From: Botryllus schlosseri
Lineage: Eukaryota
NCBI GenBank assembly: GCA_051294905.1
Contig: CM119372.1
Coordinates: 17,858,001 to 17,922,000 of the forward strand
Length of the DNA stretch: 64,000 nt
Direction of reading: 5' to 3'
The notes below the pieces were generated by a model. That model saw nothing but the letters and a program-made list of their open reading frames with translations. It did not search any database and was not told where the DNA came from. The first letter of the stretch is position 1; each line of letters begins with the position of its first letter. Shown one piece after another: positions 23,001 through 36,205 of this stretch. The translations under genes and the position numbers were made by a program.

Positions 23001-26000
23001 GGTTCACGAACTGGGGGGCGTGAAAGCATCTGGAGGGAGGCGCGAAGCCGAAGTTATAGAAAAATTTTTCCACGCTCCGCGCGATTTTCTCAGAGTTCAT
23101 AGTGTAGTTATTGCTCTGTGTATTGTCCGACTGTGCTGTTACAGAATTCTCTCATCAACAACCATGCCATCGAACCATCCATTGCGATTACTAGCACTCT
23201 GGTTGCTCTTTTTAATATGTTGTGATATCATGATAGGATGGGGGTTGAGCGCGAAATTTCGCACTATCATAAAGGGGGTGTGCCTAAAAAAGTTTGAGAA
23301 CCACTGTTTTAGTGTTTTAATGGAAGAACGTAGATAGGGGTCTAAAGAGAGTATCATGTTTCATGTATCATGTTTAACATTGTTTCGAATCATGGCTGCA
23401 AATAGATATCTTTTTAATTAACCGCCACTTTCTCATTACGCGGGAGATGGGGAGAATATAGCTAAAATTTTTCACTCGGCCCGCCAACGTATTTTCTACT
23501 TTTCGGTTGGCCCGCGGAGGAAAATAATTGCCCACCCCTGGTCTAAATGAAGGGGTGGCCAACCTGCGGCCGTGGACACGTAATTCAATTAGTATGAGTT
23601 GGCGGCCGTCGACATGCGATTTGAATTCACGAATTGACTCCCGATTTCTTGATGGATTTTAATTAATCTTGAAATTTTCTTCTCGCTGCGCGCGATTCAA
23701 TGTGACTTCATTTTTCAATTTTAACATAATAGGAGCTTTGCAATTATAGCCCCCATTACAGATTCTAACAGCAGAGGAAAATGATGTGCCCCATATAGAA
23801 ATACCAACTCGGAATCGTGTATCCCTCACTATACCGACAATCCTGATGGGAGGTCAAGAAATAACAGCATGTAACAAAGTGACTAACAACAATTGGCCCA
23901 CCCATGCATCATCATTTATAACTTGTCCTAAATTTTCGAAAACACCCCCTTCATCAACTCTACCGGTGAATCTGATCACATCCATGGGTTGAGCAAGGAT
24001 AAATGTTTGATAGGAATATGTAAAACTACCGTTATTAATCACGAAATTCATTAGTAAGTATGAAAATAATTTCGTGCTTCGAGCGACAATGGACAGCCCG
24101 AGTTCACCAGAAATGGACACTCTAACATGGGCAGCTAGTTCATTACGACTATGCCCTGGAATGCGGCCGTAGGCTACATGAGTAGTCAAAATGCGGCCGT
24201 GAATGGCAAAAAGGTTGGCCACCCCTGGTCTGTGACATTAATTTACAAACACTTCTGAAAAGTGAAAACTACGTATTTTCATTACTACGCCAGAAAAAAC
24301 AAGGATGGTAATAGCCTACATTGAGAAGTGTTGATGATACGTATAAAATAATTTGATTTTCAAACTTAGAGCCCCATAAAACAAAGTGGAATCAAATGTA
24401 TGCAGTTAAACAAAAACACTGTTACATGATGTTATTGGCATACTAGAGATAGTGAAGTTTTTATGATTTCCTCGGCGAAGTATTGAAAGATCAAGCGTCT
24501 GTTTTTTGTTCTAGAATGAAAAACCTGAATTCGGTCGACAATATACTCAAACTCGATATACCTTTAAAATTTGCGGTGACTAGGAAATTGATATTCTCGC
24601 ATAAAATGAAATTGTTGCAATCGATTGACATTTTGACATATAACACTCAATCTACCTATGAGAAATGGGTCAGTGTGTATCTCGTATTGGGTGGAATGAC
24701 GATACTGAAATAGATACACCAGCATCTACCTTGCATATTGCAGTGTATTTTACTGTTAGCAAATGCATGCAATGAATCGCCAACAAAATTGGGCAGGAAT
24801 ACGTAATCAGATACGGCTCTTCCTTCTATCCTAGCGGAATGTGGAATTGCTAAACTCAATGACAAATCACACACCCCTACATCGTCAACAGGAGTCGTGC
24901 AAACAGAGTCACTATTCTACCCATGACTGACAGGAACACGAAATCAAAGCAAAACGCAGCCAACCTTGCTTGAAAGTTAGATGTTCATCAGATTCGTCGG
25001 TGCCAGCCGTCTTTTCCGCTGAAGACATGAAGACACCGATTAAATTGAAGTGACTGCACAAATTTCAGCTAGCGAGGGAGTTTTTTGCCAAAAATTTCAG
25101 TCAGAAACCGACATTAAATGGAAACTTGAACATAGTCGCAATTATTCGCTAAAATACAAATGTCCTAGGACCAGCGCGCTATTAATAGCGGATTAAGCAC
25201 GGCTCACTCAAGACAGGTAGACGGGGACTTTCCAAGACGATTTACAGCAGTTCAGTCAGTCGGGAATTTCCAAAACGGGACGACAAATAACCAATTGATC
25301 AATAATTATGTACGCTGATAACTTTAAACACCAACGGTAGCAGAAATTTTACCTTTTACAACAGTGAAATAGCAGTTTCCATTTTGACCGTTCACTGGCT
25401 CTTGCCCTAAGAAAAAAAGGATCTGTGACTCGAAGATCTCATCGCCAACACATGTCTCTATCTATATCTACTGTGACACAAACCAGACAAAGACTGACAG
25501 GAACTTTGCCACCCGTGCCTAGCAAAGTATGGTAATCGCTGTCTCAGAGTTTCCAATAACATGTCAGAATCGGTAAAACTACCAGGGGTATATTCACGCC
25601 CACAACTAGGAGCACGGTATGTTAAATTCTACTTACTGAATACCACAAATTTAAAAGACTTACTGCCACGACAGGTTGTAAAGCATTCAACATAACGAAT
25701 CCCCTTACTCAGTTTCCCTGCAAATCCTCATGAAACCCTATTCAGTTTAGGCTATTTGCACAGCGCATGTTCTAGGGAAGGTTCTCGGAATCTTGGCGGC
25801 TGGTTTACTTACTTGATGTCGGTAATTCCTCAGAAACCTTCTTGATGGAATCGACCTCGTCGTTCAGCAACTGATGAAATTTTAGATTCGAAGGTATATG
25901 CCCGTTGGAGAATATGTCCGGGAACAGCCTCTCTCCTAAATAAAAATAAATAGATGCTGATATTTTGATCATCTACCTACGTACGTTATCCCCGACAAGG

Positions 26001-29000
26001 AGCATTTGTTTCGCAGTAGGGTGTTTCGAGATAATCAGTGAACTGATTGTTCTGATTGAACTGATCAGTGAACATTCTTAACAATAGTAGGCCTACCTGT
26101 TATTATGTCTTGTTTTGCCAGATTTCATTGAACTCGTATAGGATTTGAAATTGTGGAAAATTATTGGCAGAAGCTTCGGAACCTGTATACCGATATGATA
26201 CTGCCGTCAAAATCAATGGAAAAAAGATTGGGTCATATTCGTAAGTCTGATCTCTGGGCAGAGAAAGGTCGACAGTCTGACTGTCTATAGACATTAGACA
26301 TCTATCTAGACTCTGATAGATTTCACCCATGCTGATCGTGGTAGGACGCAATAATTTAAAACACACTCTCTAATGGGACAATTTATCCTCATCAAATCAA
26401 CATGTACTTTCAAAAACCACAGATCTGTATTTATGACGAGTGCATGTCAATTTTTCATACAATTTGTGACATTCGACAGAGAAATCAATATTCAATCAAA
26501 ATCCGTAGCGGTAAGCCTTCAAAATGGTTAAAAATTCAGGAATATCCATACACTCTACACCAACACGGAAGCAAGAGTAGTTCTTCTTGAAAAACTACCT
26601 CTTAAGATACAGGGAAGACCACTATGCTTATCTGATTCAAGTAGGTTGGCCCCATGTAGGTCATAACAACAGTATAAAATCATAAAGGCAAATGTGGCTG
26701 TCACTGGGAACTTACTCATAGCATGACCCCATTGAATACAAGATATTAAGCAGAGCTGACGAATTCCAGTACTCTACAATATGACTACTAAAGGACACCT
26801 ATTCCATGTAGGAAACATGTTTTTCAGTCAGTGGTGAGTTATGTTTTTATTGTAGGCTATGTAACAAACATAATCACTGCCAACAACAGTAAATTATCTT
26901 CGGACAGATTCCGCAATTAATGAGAGCCTATTTTAGTTGCTACACAATGCGACCGAAGTGTAATTCATGGAAGTGCACTGCACAATCACACACGTTTGTC
27001 ATATAAGTAAGCCATTTCACAAACAGATTTCGGGGGAAAGTTTTGCCATCATGGAAAATTGACGTGTCAGCCCACTTGGGAAAACCCGGAATTGAAGTAT
27101 GCTCATAAAAGGAAGAAATTTGAGAATTTAGACAGTACAGCACTAGGCTTTAGGTTTCAGTGGAAACAATACTGCAATGAATAACTGCCGTACCAGATTT
27201 AGATTATCTCTAAGTCAGTACGATTCCTCGGATCCAGAAATCTGTATATTGTAACATAACGTCCTTGGCTGATTAGAATACAATGATTTCCATCGATTTT
27301 CAAAACCTCCTACACACATTTTATGCTGGTGCCACAACCGTGATGGCCCAGACTTAGCTATGACAGCTGGCTTAATTACAGTGCTGCCAAACTCACACTC
27401 AAGTGATTTACAGGACGGTAAAGACATTCTGCCACAAATATGCAGTTTATAATATTATCAAGCTGTTTTCATTGTATACATTTGCTATTAAATCCTCCTC
27501 AGTAAAAACAACGAATAAGCATTACGTGCCACATCACCATCATTACCCCCAAATCCACATGGAATTCGATTCCCATTACAGTTACGAACCATCATCCTCG
27601 TCATAACATCTTAGCCGACTACAAAAGAAATTGCTACATTTTCGACAATTGGCTTTTCGTAGTGCTGTCATAGCAACGCAGAATCGTCATTTCAACCAGA
27701 TGTTATGTAGCCATTCAAGAAGGCAAATAATAGCAGACTTGCTATCTATGTTTCAATGTCTTTCACAAGATGACATTTCGCAAAGGACTTGGAAAGAATT
27801 CATCAACAGTGGACATTGTTTGCAACTCTGCAAAAACTTGATGTTGAAAATACTCGACCCCTAAACTAACACAGACCCTGGCCGACCGTCATACTACATT
27901 AAGAACGTAACACTTGCCAAGAACTTTTATCGTCAAGTTTAAAACTTAATTCAATGCAATTCACCACAACGTTCTGGGCCGCAAGGAAACTATTGTCGAT
28001 GTATGATATTCTTCTTTGGTCCGAAAAGACTGTTTCGCTTATCCTCTCAAGTCAATACATAAAAATCTTGATTTCACTGATTTAAATCTGTCCTTTGCCT
28101 ATGTGGTTTACCAATTACAACAAATAATTTGATTATGTAACAGTGAACAGTGAACAATGAACATCTTTGCTAATGTGAGCACATATAGGTCACAAACCAG
28201 TTGTGAAGTCCCTACAGGCGACAGCGCACGCACAGCGACTCCATGCCATATTTCATTCAGGAACCGTAGCCTATCCAGTTTAGTTTCAAATGTAATTTAC
28301 CAAGCAAGCCATATCCCACACTGCTCGACTATATCTGATCAAATCAAAGCCACGGTACGGATAAGAGAACAGTGGCTGCATCACCCATGACCACAATAGT
28401 TGAATCACAATCATTAGAACAGAAGCAGCTGTACCAGTTTATTTGGAAGTTTTCCAAACACACGCTTGAAAAAAAAGTGATGAACGGAATGAATCTATTG
28501 AAATAGGATCTCGAAAAGTAATACACCACCAGCTCTCGAAGCAAGACACCAGAATCAGAAAGCGTTGCAGTTGATGTAATGGACTTCCACAATCACGTTG
28601 CTTTAGCCTAAATATGTATTAAAAAAAATGACCGACGGAACTCAACGATCCCGAGAAGCCACATAATAGTACCGTACCGATACACGACAAACAACATAAA
28701 AAATATCATTTCTGCAAGATTTCTATTCATTTCTGGAAATCCGGCATCACGAATACAAGCAAAGGCGGTAAAGATGATTAGAACCAATAAGAAGAATTCT
28801 AGTAAAAAACTGCATGGGCGTCTGTCGAACTGCATCGACCACTAGTGAATTACACGAGGCAACATCTATCAATAGATCAACAGGTATGATTCCTCCGACA
28901 ATAAATATCTGCGACCACCGGCACAATGGTTTCAAACAATCAGTGGTCAGCATCTTTAAAAACGTACTTGGTACAAAATTGGAGTATTTGGTTGCATCAA

Positions 29001-32000
29001 ACCGCCTGGCAATCAAGGTCACACCCAATGGGCGCCATAAGATCCCTCACTCATCTCGAATACTTCAAGGCGTGATCATCACACAAAAATGGCACCCCTC
29101 CTGAAAAAAAGCGTTACGAGTCTGTGTCGTTATTCAATCGTTCCTTCAAATGAATGTCGTGCAATTGGTCGGTATTTTGCAAGGACGGAACGCCGTAAAA
29201 ATCGATCACTTTTCTAGACCGGTGAGCGGCTATACGCTGCCGACTCTGTTCCAGCCTAGCCGCCCGCGCCATCTCAGACTCCGTCCTTCTGCGGTCGGCC
29301 TGTCGTAGCCTATTCGACGACAGGCGTAACAAACGTGCGTCTTCCGATTCGGTTTGCCGCCGTTGCGCTTGCCTTATTCGGTTCTGAGTCAGTCTGAACT
29401 GCCGGGCTTCCTCCGACTCGTTTTTCCGGCGCTCTGCTTGACGTTGTCGATGCTGCGCCAGCCTTATTGCACGCTCCTCTTCAGATTCATTTTGACGACG
29501 CATGGCTTGGCGCAGCCGATTTTGAGTGAGTCTCCTCTGGCGCGCATCGTGCGATTCCTTCCTTTTACAAGCAGAACGGCGAGCAAGCTCTTGCGCATTC
29601 GGCAAGTCGCGAGCAGTTGTTGTGCTTGAAACCAAGTCCCTCTGAAATTCCCGTGTTTCAGCTCTTTCAGACGCAGGCCGCGACGCACTGGAGCAGGCTG
29701 AAATCAAAATTTAGACAGACGCTCGCGCGGTCTCGCTCCATATTTCAAGCAAAAGTTACAATTTGACGCGAAAAAGCAACAGACGGCAGCTGACAACCGA
29801 GAGCGCGATAGCCTACTGACGAAGCGTATGCGTTCAACAGTGGCGGTGTAGGGCTAATAACCAAAACCGCAAAATGAAACAATATACCTTCCATGTTAAC
29901 ACGTGATAAAGAACCGCACTATGATAGCACGGAATTATCGTGCAACAAAAGTACAATTAATGAACGAGCTGCAAAGAGCACATGTAAATAATGTTAGTGT
30001 TCTCTCCAGGGCTCGATATTGGCAGGATGGCTTACAGTTTTTCTGGGTTATTCAGGCTCGGGATTCAGCTTGGGCTGCCCAAAACGCACCTCGACTACAG
30101 AATCGCTTTTCCAAGAAAGACACATTCATGAATTGTCGCATGTTGCTCACACAACCAGCTGAAGGGTTACAATAATTAGTCGAAATCTGATCCACACATG
30201 CAATAATCCAAAAGCGAAACCTGGCATAAGATGAATTCTTAGCCAGAACAATCAAATGGAATCTTTGATGTTACGCATTTACGCAATCCGCCAGTTCCGA
30301 TAACCCTAAATAATGCAAAAGGCATGTCTTCTATCGGCAAACAATTCTACATCCCAAATAGTGCACCCAGTTTCTGTGTAACATACTGTGAACACTTCAT
30401 CATATCTCACATGTCCCTATCCTCAATATGGACAACAGTCATGTCTACGTGTGGATTGTGGAATGTAACACATTATCGTTGAAATTTTAGCGAAGAACAG
30501 GAAGTACTAACAAGGTAACCACCAATCAGCAGCAAATGGCTATCGACTCAAAATCACAGATGCTTATGATCACCAGCATTCAGGCCTGCGATTACTTTGT
30601 CATGATACTTGGACATCATGAAAGACTGACAGCTTATCTAAGTGTTCACTGTGCACATTCACTGTATGAATTCCACCTAGTATAACACATACTAGAAATC
30701 ATTTAGGACCAGATACTCTCTCCATACCACTGTAAATATTTTCTATCGTGAAGATGTTCCAATTGTACTTGAATTGAAGTGAAAAATCATGCTGTGCAGA
30801 ACCATTTCTTCCACATCATTAATTAGGTATGATCCAATAAAGCATCCTGACTCAGTAATAAACAGGGAAAATGAAATTCATAGTTTATATCTTAAACTAT
30901 CAGTAGACCTACACAAAATACAAGCTTTGAGATCGGGACTGAGACGTATTCGTAAAAGCACAGCATATATAGGCATATATAGTATTCCACAGTTTCATGA
31001 CTGGCATAAATTGGAATTGCTCGCCCAGTAGATAGTAACTAACCTATTTTTGAGCATCGGTTCACTGGGACTTCATAAAAGGTTTTCATGCTTTTTCATT
31101 TTAATGCTGATGATTGAATTAAAACGTAAACGGTCAGTTATTCTCTTATAAACCTGCGGTGCAATATAACTTTTAACCGAACTTTTTCAAAATGAGAATC
31201 CATCCTAGTGGTGGAGATTGCAAAACAAGGTAAGGTTTTATAGCTCAGAAAGTGTTCAATGGGAGCTCCAATAATTAGTAACAAACACTCTTCGAAACAA
31301 TAGTGATTAGCTTCGGTGCTGTTCGTCAGAATCTGTGACAGCATTCAAACACCGGGTTTCAATGGACAAGCATAAGCCCTGGGGTCCTGACTACTTTGGA
31401 AGAACAAGCAAGTAGAAACCATGTAAATGATCCCCGACTCTATATACTTCCTGAACTACATGCAAAGGTTAAGACACACAGAAAAAGAATGTTCAAATTC
31501 TTTGTTGCAACCTCAGGTCAGTGATTGCTCTATGTTTGCCAACAAAACTGACCAGCACGATACCGTACCATAAGTCACGCCAAATAAAATTATACTTCGT
31601 ACAGGCCAGGCAGGAATAAGCAGTGTGATCACTCACTGATTAGATAGCCGTTTATGTGATTAAGTTGGATACAAAGGAGTTACTTATACTACAAGGCAAA
31701 GTGGTAAGTCAAATAAGGTTGCTGAAATACAGTTTCTCAAGTCAAACTGGCAGTGAGCCAAAAGTACAGACGCTGCCACCAAGATTTACAGCAAGATGTA
31801 ATTAAATTTTTTCTGCACTATCGCGGTAATTCGACGATGGAGATGTGAGGAATATAAGGGCTAAGTCTATCAAGTCGGAAGGAATCACCATTTTTCCTCT
31901 TGATGCAATCCTGCATTGTTGAGAATGTACACTGTACAGCGACGCCACGAATACCAGTTTTAAAAGCAAGAGAACTTGGTTGTCCTACCACTATGCTCTC

Positions 32001-32927
32001 ACGTTGTTCACATATTCTCATATGCGCCTTATAAGTCATCTCTCAAAACGACAATGGCAATCTTGGATGAAAAAAAACTGCACATCTTCGGCAATGAATT
32101 AGAAAGTTGTGATTGTCCTAATTACCAGTCCTGGATACTGAAAGCATTTCACATGTACAAACAAACACAATTATGACTTAGAACTCATGTTGCCTAACAG
32201 TGGTCACTAATTGCTGTTTCAATTCAAAATAATAGTTTTACAAGGAGAGAAGCCTATACTATAGCTATCCAAATAACTCTCAACTACACTTGCCAGCATA
32301 AAATCTTCCCCTTCAAGTGGTATTCTCACTATTTTAGTAACAAAATATTAAATTGTTCATGACATTGAAATTGCAATAAATTTTTTAGATTTCGAAAACA
32401 ATGTTTTTACACTAAAAGCTTATATACAGAAATTTCACGTGACCTGCTAATAAACTTCACAATAGGAGTCTGTAAGCTGACATAGAGAAATAAAACCGCA
32501 AGAGACACAAGTCACAATGTGCAGCCTGAGCCTGCAACTTACCACTTTCTGAATTTCTCGTCTTTGGGATAAATTCCTGAGGGACGTCTTCATGCCGATT
32601 CGTTGGCTTGCTTGCCGGGCTCTGCTCAAGTTTCCTCTGTAAACAATCTGGCGTATCTGGAAGAATGCAAGAACATAAAATCCTAACCATGCCAGTACGC
32701 GTACAGGAACTTTCATGCAGATCTTCAATTGCATAACAGAGTGAGCAATTTACAAATGCTCAATTGCCCATACCTTCGGATCCTTCCTCAATGAAACGTT
32801 GAATTTTCGACATTGTATCGTCTTCGTCTGTAGATGCGGGTAATCCATCTCCCTCGTCCATATAAACGACGACATCCTCCTTTGCAATTCTGGTGGGTTT
32901 CGAACTTTTACGTTTAGATGCCATCAT
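20059..32927 (-). CDS. Unnamed C2H2 zinc-finger transcription factor, long isoform (7 coding exons, about 473 aa)
   Basis: Exons 32927-32774, 32656-32543, 25935-25813, 25018-24965, 21616-21384, 21108-20989, 20682-20059 are all GT-AG, phase-compatible and stop-free (1422 nt). Four C2H2 fingers (CSMC, CPKC, CDQC, CPKC) and two C2HC-like fingers (CNKC..HKC, CTKC..HEC). The finger exons are firm; their linkage to the 5' exons is inferred from splice phase. Confidence 0.75.
22326..23540 (+). mobile_element. Non-autonomous Charlie/SPIN-like hAT element with a decayed transposase N-terminus
   Basis: Ends cagacctgggcaa...ttgcccacccctg; flanks gactaaat/gtctaaat; frameshifted remnants KYLYTGVRGKPVLC, VAKIKDFN and AATKTSFVLSHI. 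Nested MITE at 22997-23306 (flanks tttcagtg/ttttagtg). Confidence 0.75.
23549..24227. mobile_element. hAT MITE abutting the previous element
   Basis: TIR aggggtggccaacc...ggttggccacccctg with internal gcggccg repeats. Confidence 0.7.
29114..29697 (-). CDS. STPR-repeat coding exon, probable alternative terminal exon of the 32927 gene (isoform about 283 aa)
   Basis: Acceptor ttttgatttcag at 29698 is phase 1, matching the donor after 32543. Five tandem 23-aa repeats at 29560-29216 (e.g. NESEEERAIRLAQHRQRQAERRK, NESEEARQFRLTQNRIRQAQRRQ); stop TAA at 29114. Confidence 0.75.
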
Positions 32928-33204
32928 GCGCGCATCCAAATCGAACTATGCCATGTACAGTACATATGACTATCTCAAGAACAACGCGAGGAGCTGATGG
33001 ATCTCAACATCGCGAGTCAGCGGAATCACTCACGGATAAGCTCTCATACCTCGCGGTCCAAAAAGAAAAAACACCCCCACCCGTGCAGCGCAAAAGGCCC
33101 GCAACAAATCTACGCCTGAGTGCACATTACTTCAGTCTGCGTGATCAATCGTTGCGCTGAAAAGATTGACTGACCCTCGTGTTCAACCGGTGAAACGCCT
33201 ATAG

Positions 33205-34371
33205 CAGGGGTGGGCAAACTTTTGAGCTCGCGGGCCGCATTCAACATCTGAATCCATTTGCGGGCCGCACTATATAGAATTGGGATTATAAACCAAAACG
33301 CAATATTGGTATTTGATTACATAGCGAGGACATGGAGATAATATATGTGCTTATTTAAAACAAACCAAATATTGTGTTGACGATATCGTACACGCGTCAG
33401 AAACATAGTGGCGAGATTTCATAGGCTCGTAGACCTCTATAACCAATTTGTAAAAACTATAGAGATGAAAGTCGGTTGTCCCGCTTTTTAGAACAGGATC
33501 GAAATTTAGATCTGTGAGCAGCGATCTGTTCATAGATTTACTAATTCCAGTTTTGGTTCTGTTCCATGACACACAATGCTGACAGCATCATAACCATGTT
33601 AGCTTCAAACACGCTTCTTCTATGTGTAGATATAATATATTATTACCCCGATTCTACGCATAGAGAGAACGAATCTACCTAAAACACGCGCGATTCGTTT
33701 TTATAAGCACATCACTGAAATAATTAAACCTGGAGTGGCCAATCTGAAATCACACTGGTGATCCGAATTATGTCAATCTCGTTTAGGATTTCTGTGATGT
33801 TCAGCAGTTGAAACCTTTCAAACTGCGCGGGTCTTGAGATCGGGCTGTCGCGCCAGAAATTAAACATAAAAAAGAATATAGGAAGTATTTACCCTAGAAC
33901 AGTGGTTCTCATTTTTTTAAGACACACGCCTCCCCCCCTTATGATGGTGAAAGATTTCGCGCCCCCTTATCGTCACAGTACAAAATGCAACCACGATGCT
34001 AGCAGACCTAACAGATAGTTCACTGGCATGGAAGGTTACGACAGTGGATGAGAAACATGAAATTCAGACTAAATACAAAGCAAGAATTCTGAATTTGAAG
34101 TAAATCGCGCGAAGCGCGAAAAATTTTTTCGTTTAGCTCAGCTTCGCGCCCCCCTTTCAGATGCTTTCACGCCACCTAGTTTGAGAACCACAGTCTTAGA
34201 ATTATCATGGTCAATTATACTAAGAAAAAGTTTAATCAAGTCCCTGCATTAATTCGATTTTTAGTACGCATTTATCAATATTTAAAAGAAGTTTCCATTG
34301 ACTCTCGCGGGCCGCACAGAACGGTGTTGCGGGCCGCATGCGGCCCGCGGGCCGTAGTTTGCCCACCTCTG
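33205..34371. mobile_element. hAT (Charlie-type) non-autonomous element with a nested MITE at about 33900-34193
   Basis: TIR caggggtgggcaaact...agtttgcccacctctg; perfect TSD gcctatag; gcgggccgca subterminal motifs. The nested element resembles 22997-23306. Confidence 0.85.
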
Positions 34372-35417
34372 GCCTATAGCCAGCTGCTGAATCATTTGTA
34401 TATTGCATACCATAGTGATAAACAAAAACATCAATGCAATGAGTGGATAACTATTTGCTGCCCTTTCTGATACCCATACCTAAGACTAAATGAAATAATA
34501 AATATATACTTTCAGCACTCGGGTCTCATATATCGACATCGCCTCCCGTCACATAATGAATACCACCAGATTTTTGTACCCCTGTCCTTTTATGCCTACT
34601 TCCATTCACCTTTACCGAAATATTTTTCTGATCCGGAGGAAACCTCATTCTTTTGAACTAAGTCGTTTACAATATATATTGATGAATAAGAGTTTTTCAT
34701 TGCAAATTTCCGGTTCGACTGCTTTGGAAATTTCCAACCATCTTCAAATTGTCAAATATTCCCTGTGTCCGGGTGAGCAGCTTGGCCAACATTTTCATGA
34801 CCCAAGAAATTTTTGGATAAGTAGTAGTCTACTGCTGCGTCGTAACATGCTACTGTATATTTATATGGAAAAGTCCCGAATATGGTACCGATGAGAGATA
34901 TTTCCATAAAGATACCATAGCCCAGAGGTTCTCAACTTCCCATGTATAATGGGCCATATTGTTATAACATCAAAAAGTGCTGCGGGCCGCAGAACATTTA
35001 TTATCATGTAATCGTAGGCTACTATTAAATTCACTGTATTTACCAGTCGTATACGGACACTTAGTACGAGTTTCTACATTCTGAAGATCTAAAGCAGGGG
35101 GTCTCAAACTCAAATGTGCTCGCGGGCCAATTTCCTAGTTTTTGATGACGCCGCAGCATCAATATATAATTTGGATACCCAATTTATGATTTCCAAGAAG
35201 GCCTTATTTGATGGAACCTTGCAGACTGGCATTCCACCAACATCCTGAAAATGTAATTTACTATTGTACTATAGTATGCACGCCTGGCACGAAAAAAATC
35301 ACAATTTCAAATATTTGAATCAAATTGTTCTTGTGCTCTGCTGCATAATTTGTCAAAATATTGAGATATAGACACCAACACCATGTGAGAGGACAAATGC
35401 ACCATGACATCGCCAAA

Positions 35418-36205
35418 TAGGGTTCTGGTTTAAATCATTTTGCCCTTGATTAAAATCGATTTTAATCAAATAAATAATTCAAATCATGATTTTTTTGATT
35501 TTTTTGTTTTTTTACGCATAATAACAACAACAACACGAACAAAAGAAAATGGGATGAATGACTACCATGTCAATCAAGGTGATGAAGGATTACGCTTAAA
35601 CTTCAATAATGTTGGGCTGTGAATCATCATCCAGATAGCTGAAAACGTTCAACATATGCATTAATGATGGTTCACCCGAATCATTACTGATTTGTTCTAG
35701 TAGCGAGAAAACATTTTGAGTCAAATCGGGACCATCCATAATAGTTGCATCTTCATCTTGACCGAAGGATTGGTTTCTGCCAGCAAACTGGATCAGAGAT
35801 GAGGGAATATTTCGAATTCGATAGCGACTCCGAATTGCTCTGCGTTTGTGGTCTCCCACCAGTGCCTCGGAAATAGCAGCAACATGTCACAGACAACTAA
35901 CTAGTATCCACAGCAAAACGCTAACATATTGATTGACTATCGCTATTTGCTCTTTTCCCGCCTGTCTGTCAAATAGCTGAGCTATACCGGTGCTGGTGAC
36001 GAGATGCTACCTCTGCTTCATATAAAATGCACAATTGCACATGATTGTTCGATAATAAATAACATTCACGCATCTCGTCCGAAAATTTGAAAAAATCAAA
36101 ATAATCAATAAAATCAAAGTGGTAAAATTAAAATCAAAAATCAACGAAAAAAACCTGATTTAAATCACACTGATTTAAATCAGCCTGATTTAAACCAGAA
36201 CCCTA
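35418..36205. mobile_element. hAT-like element with GATTTAAATC subterminal repeats
   Basis: TIR tagggttctggtttaaatca...tgatttaaaccagaacccta; perfect TSD tcgccaaa. Confidence 0.9.

Noticed and set aside
19731..24893. Exact 15-mer acatcgtcaacagga at 19731 and 24879
   Set aside because: A few matches of this length are expected by chance in 64 kb.
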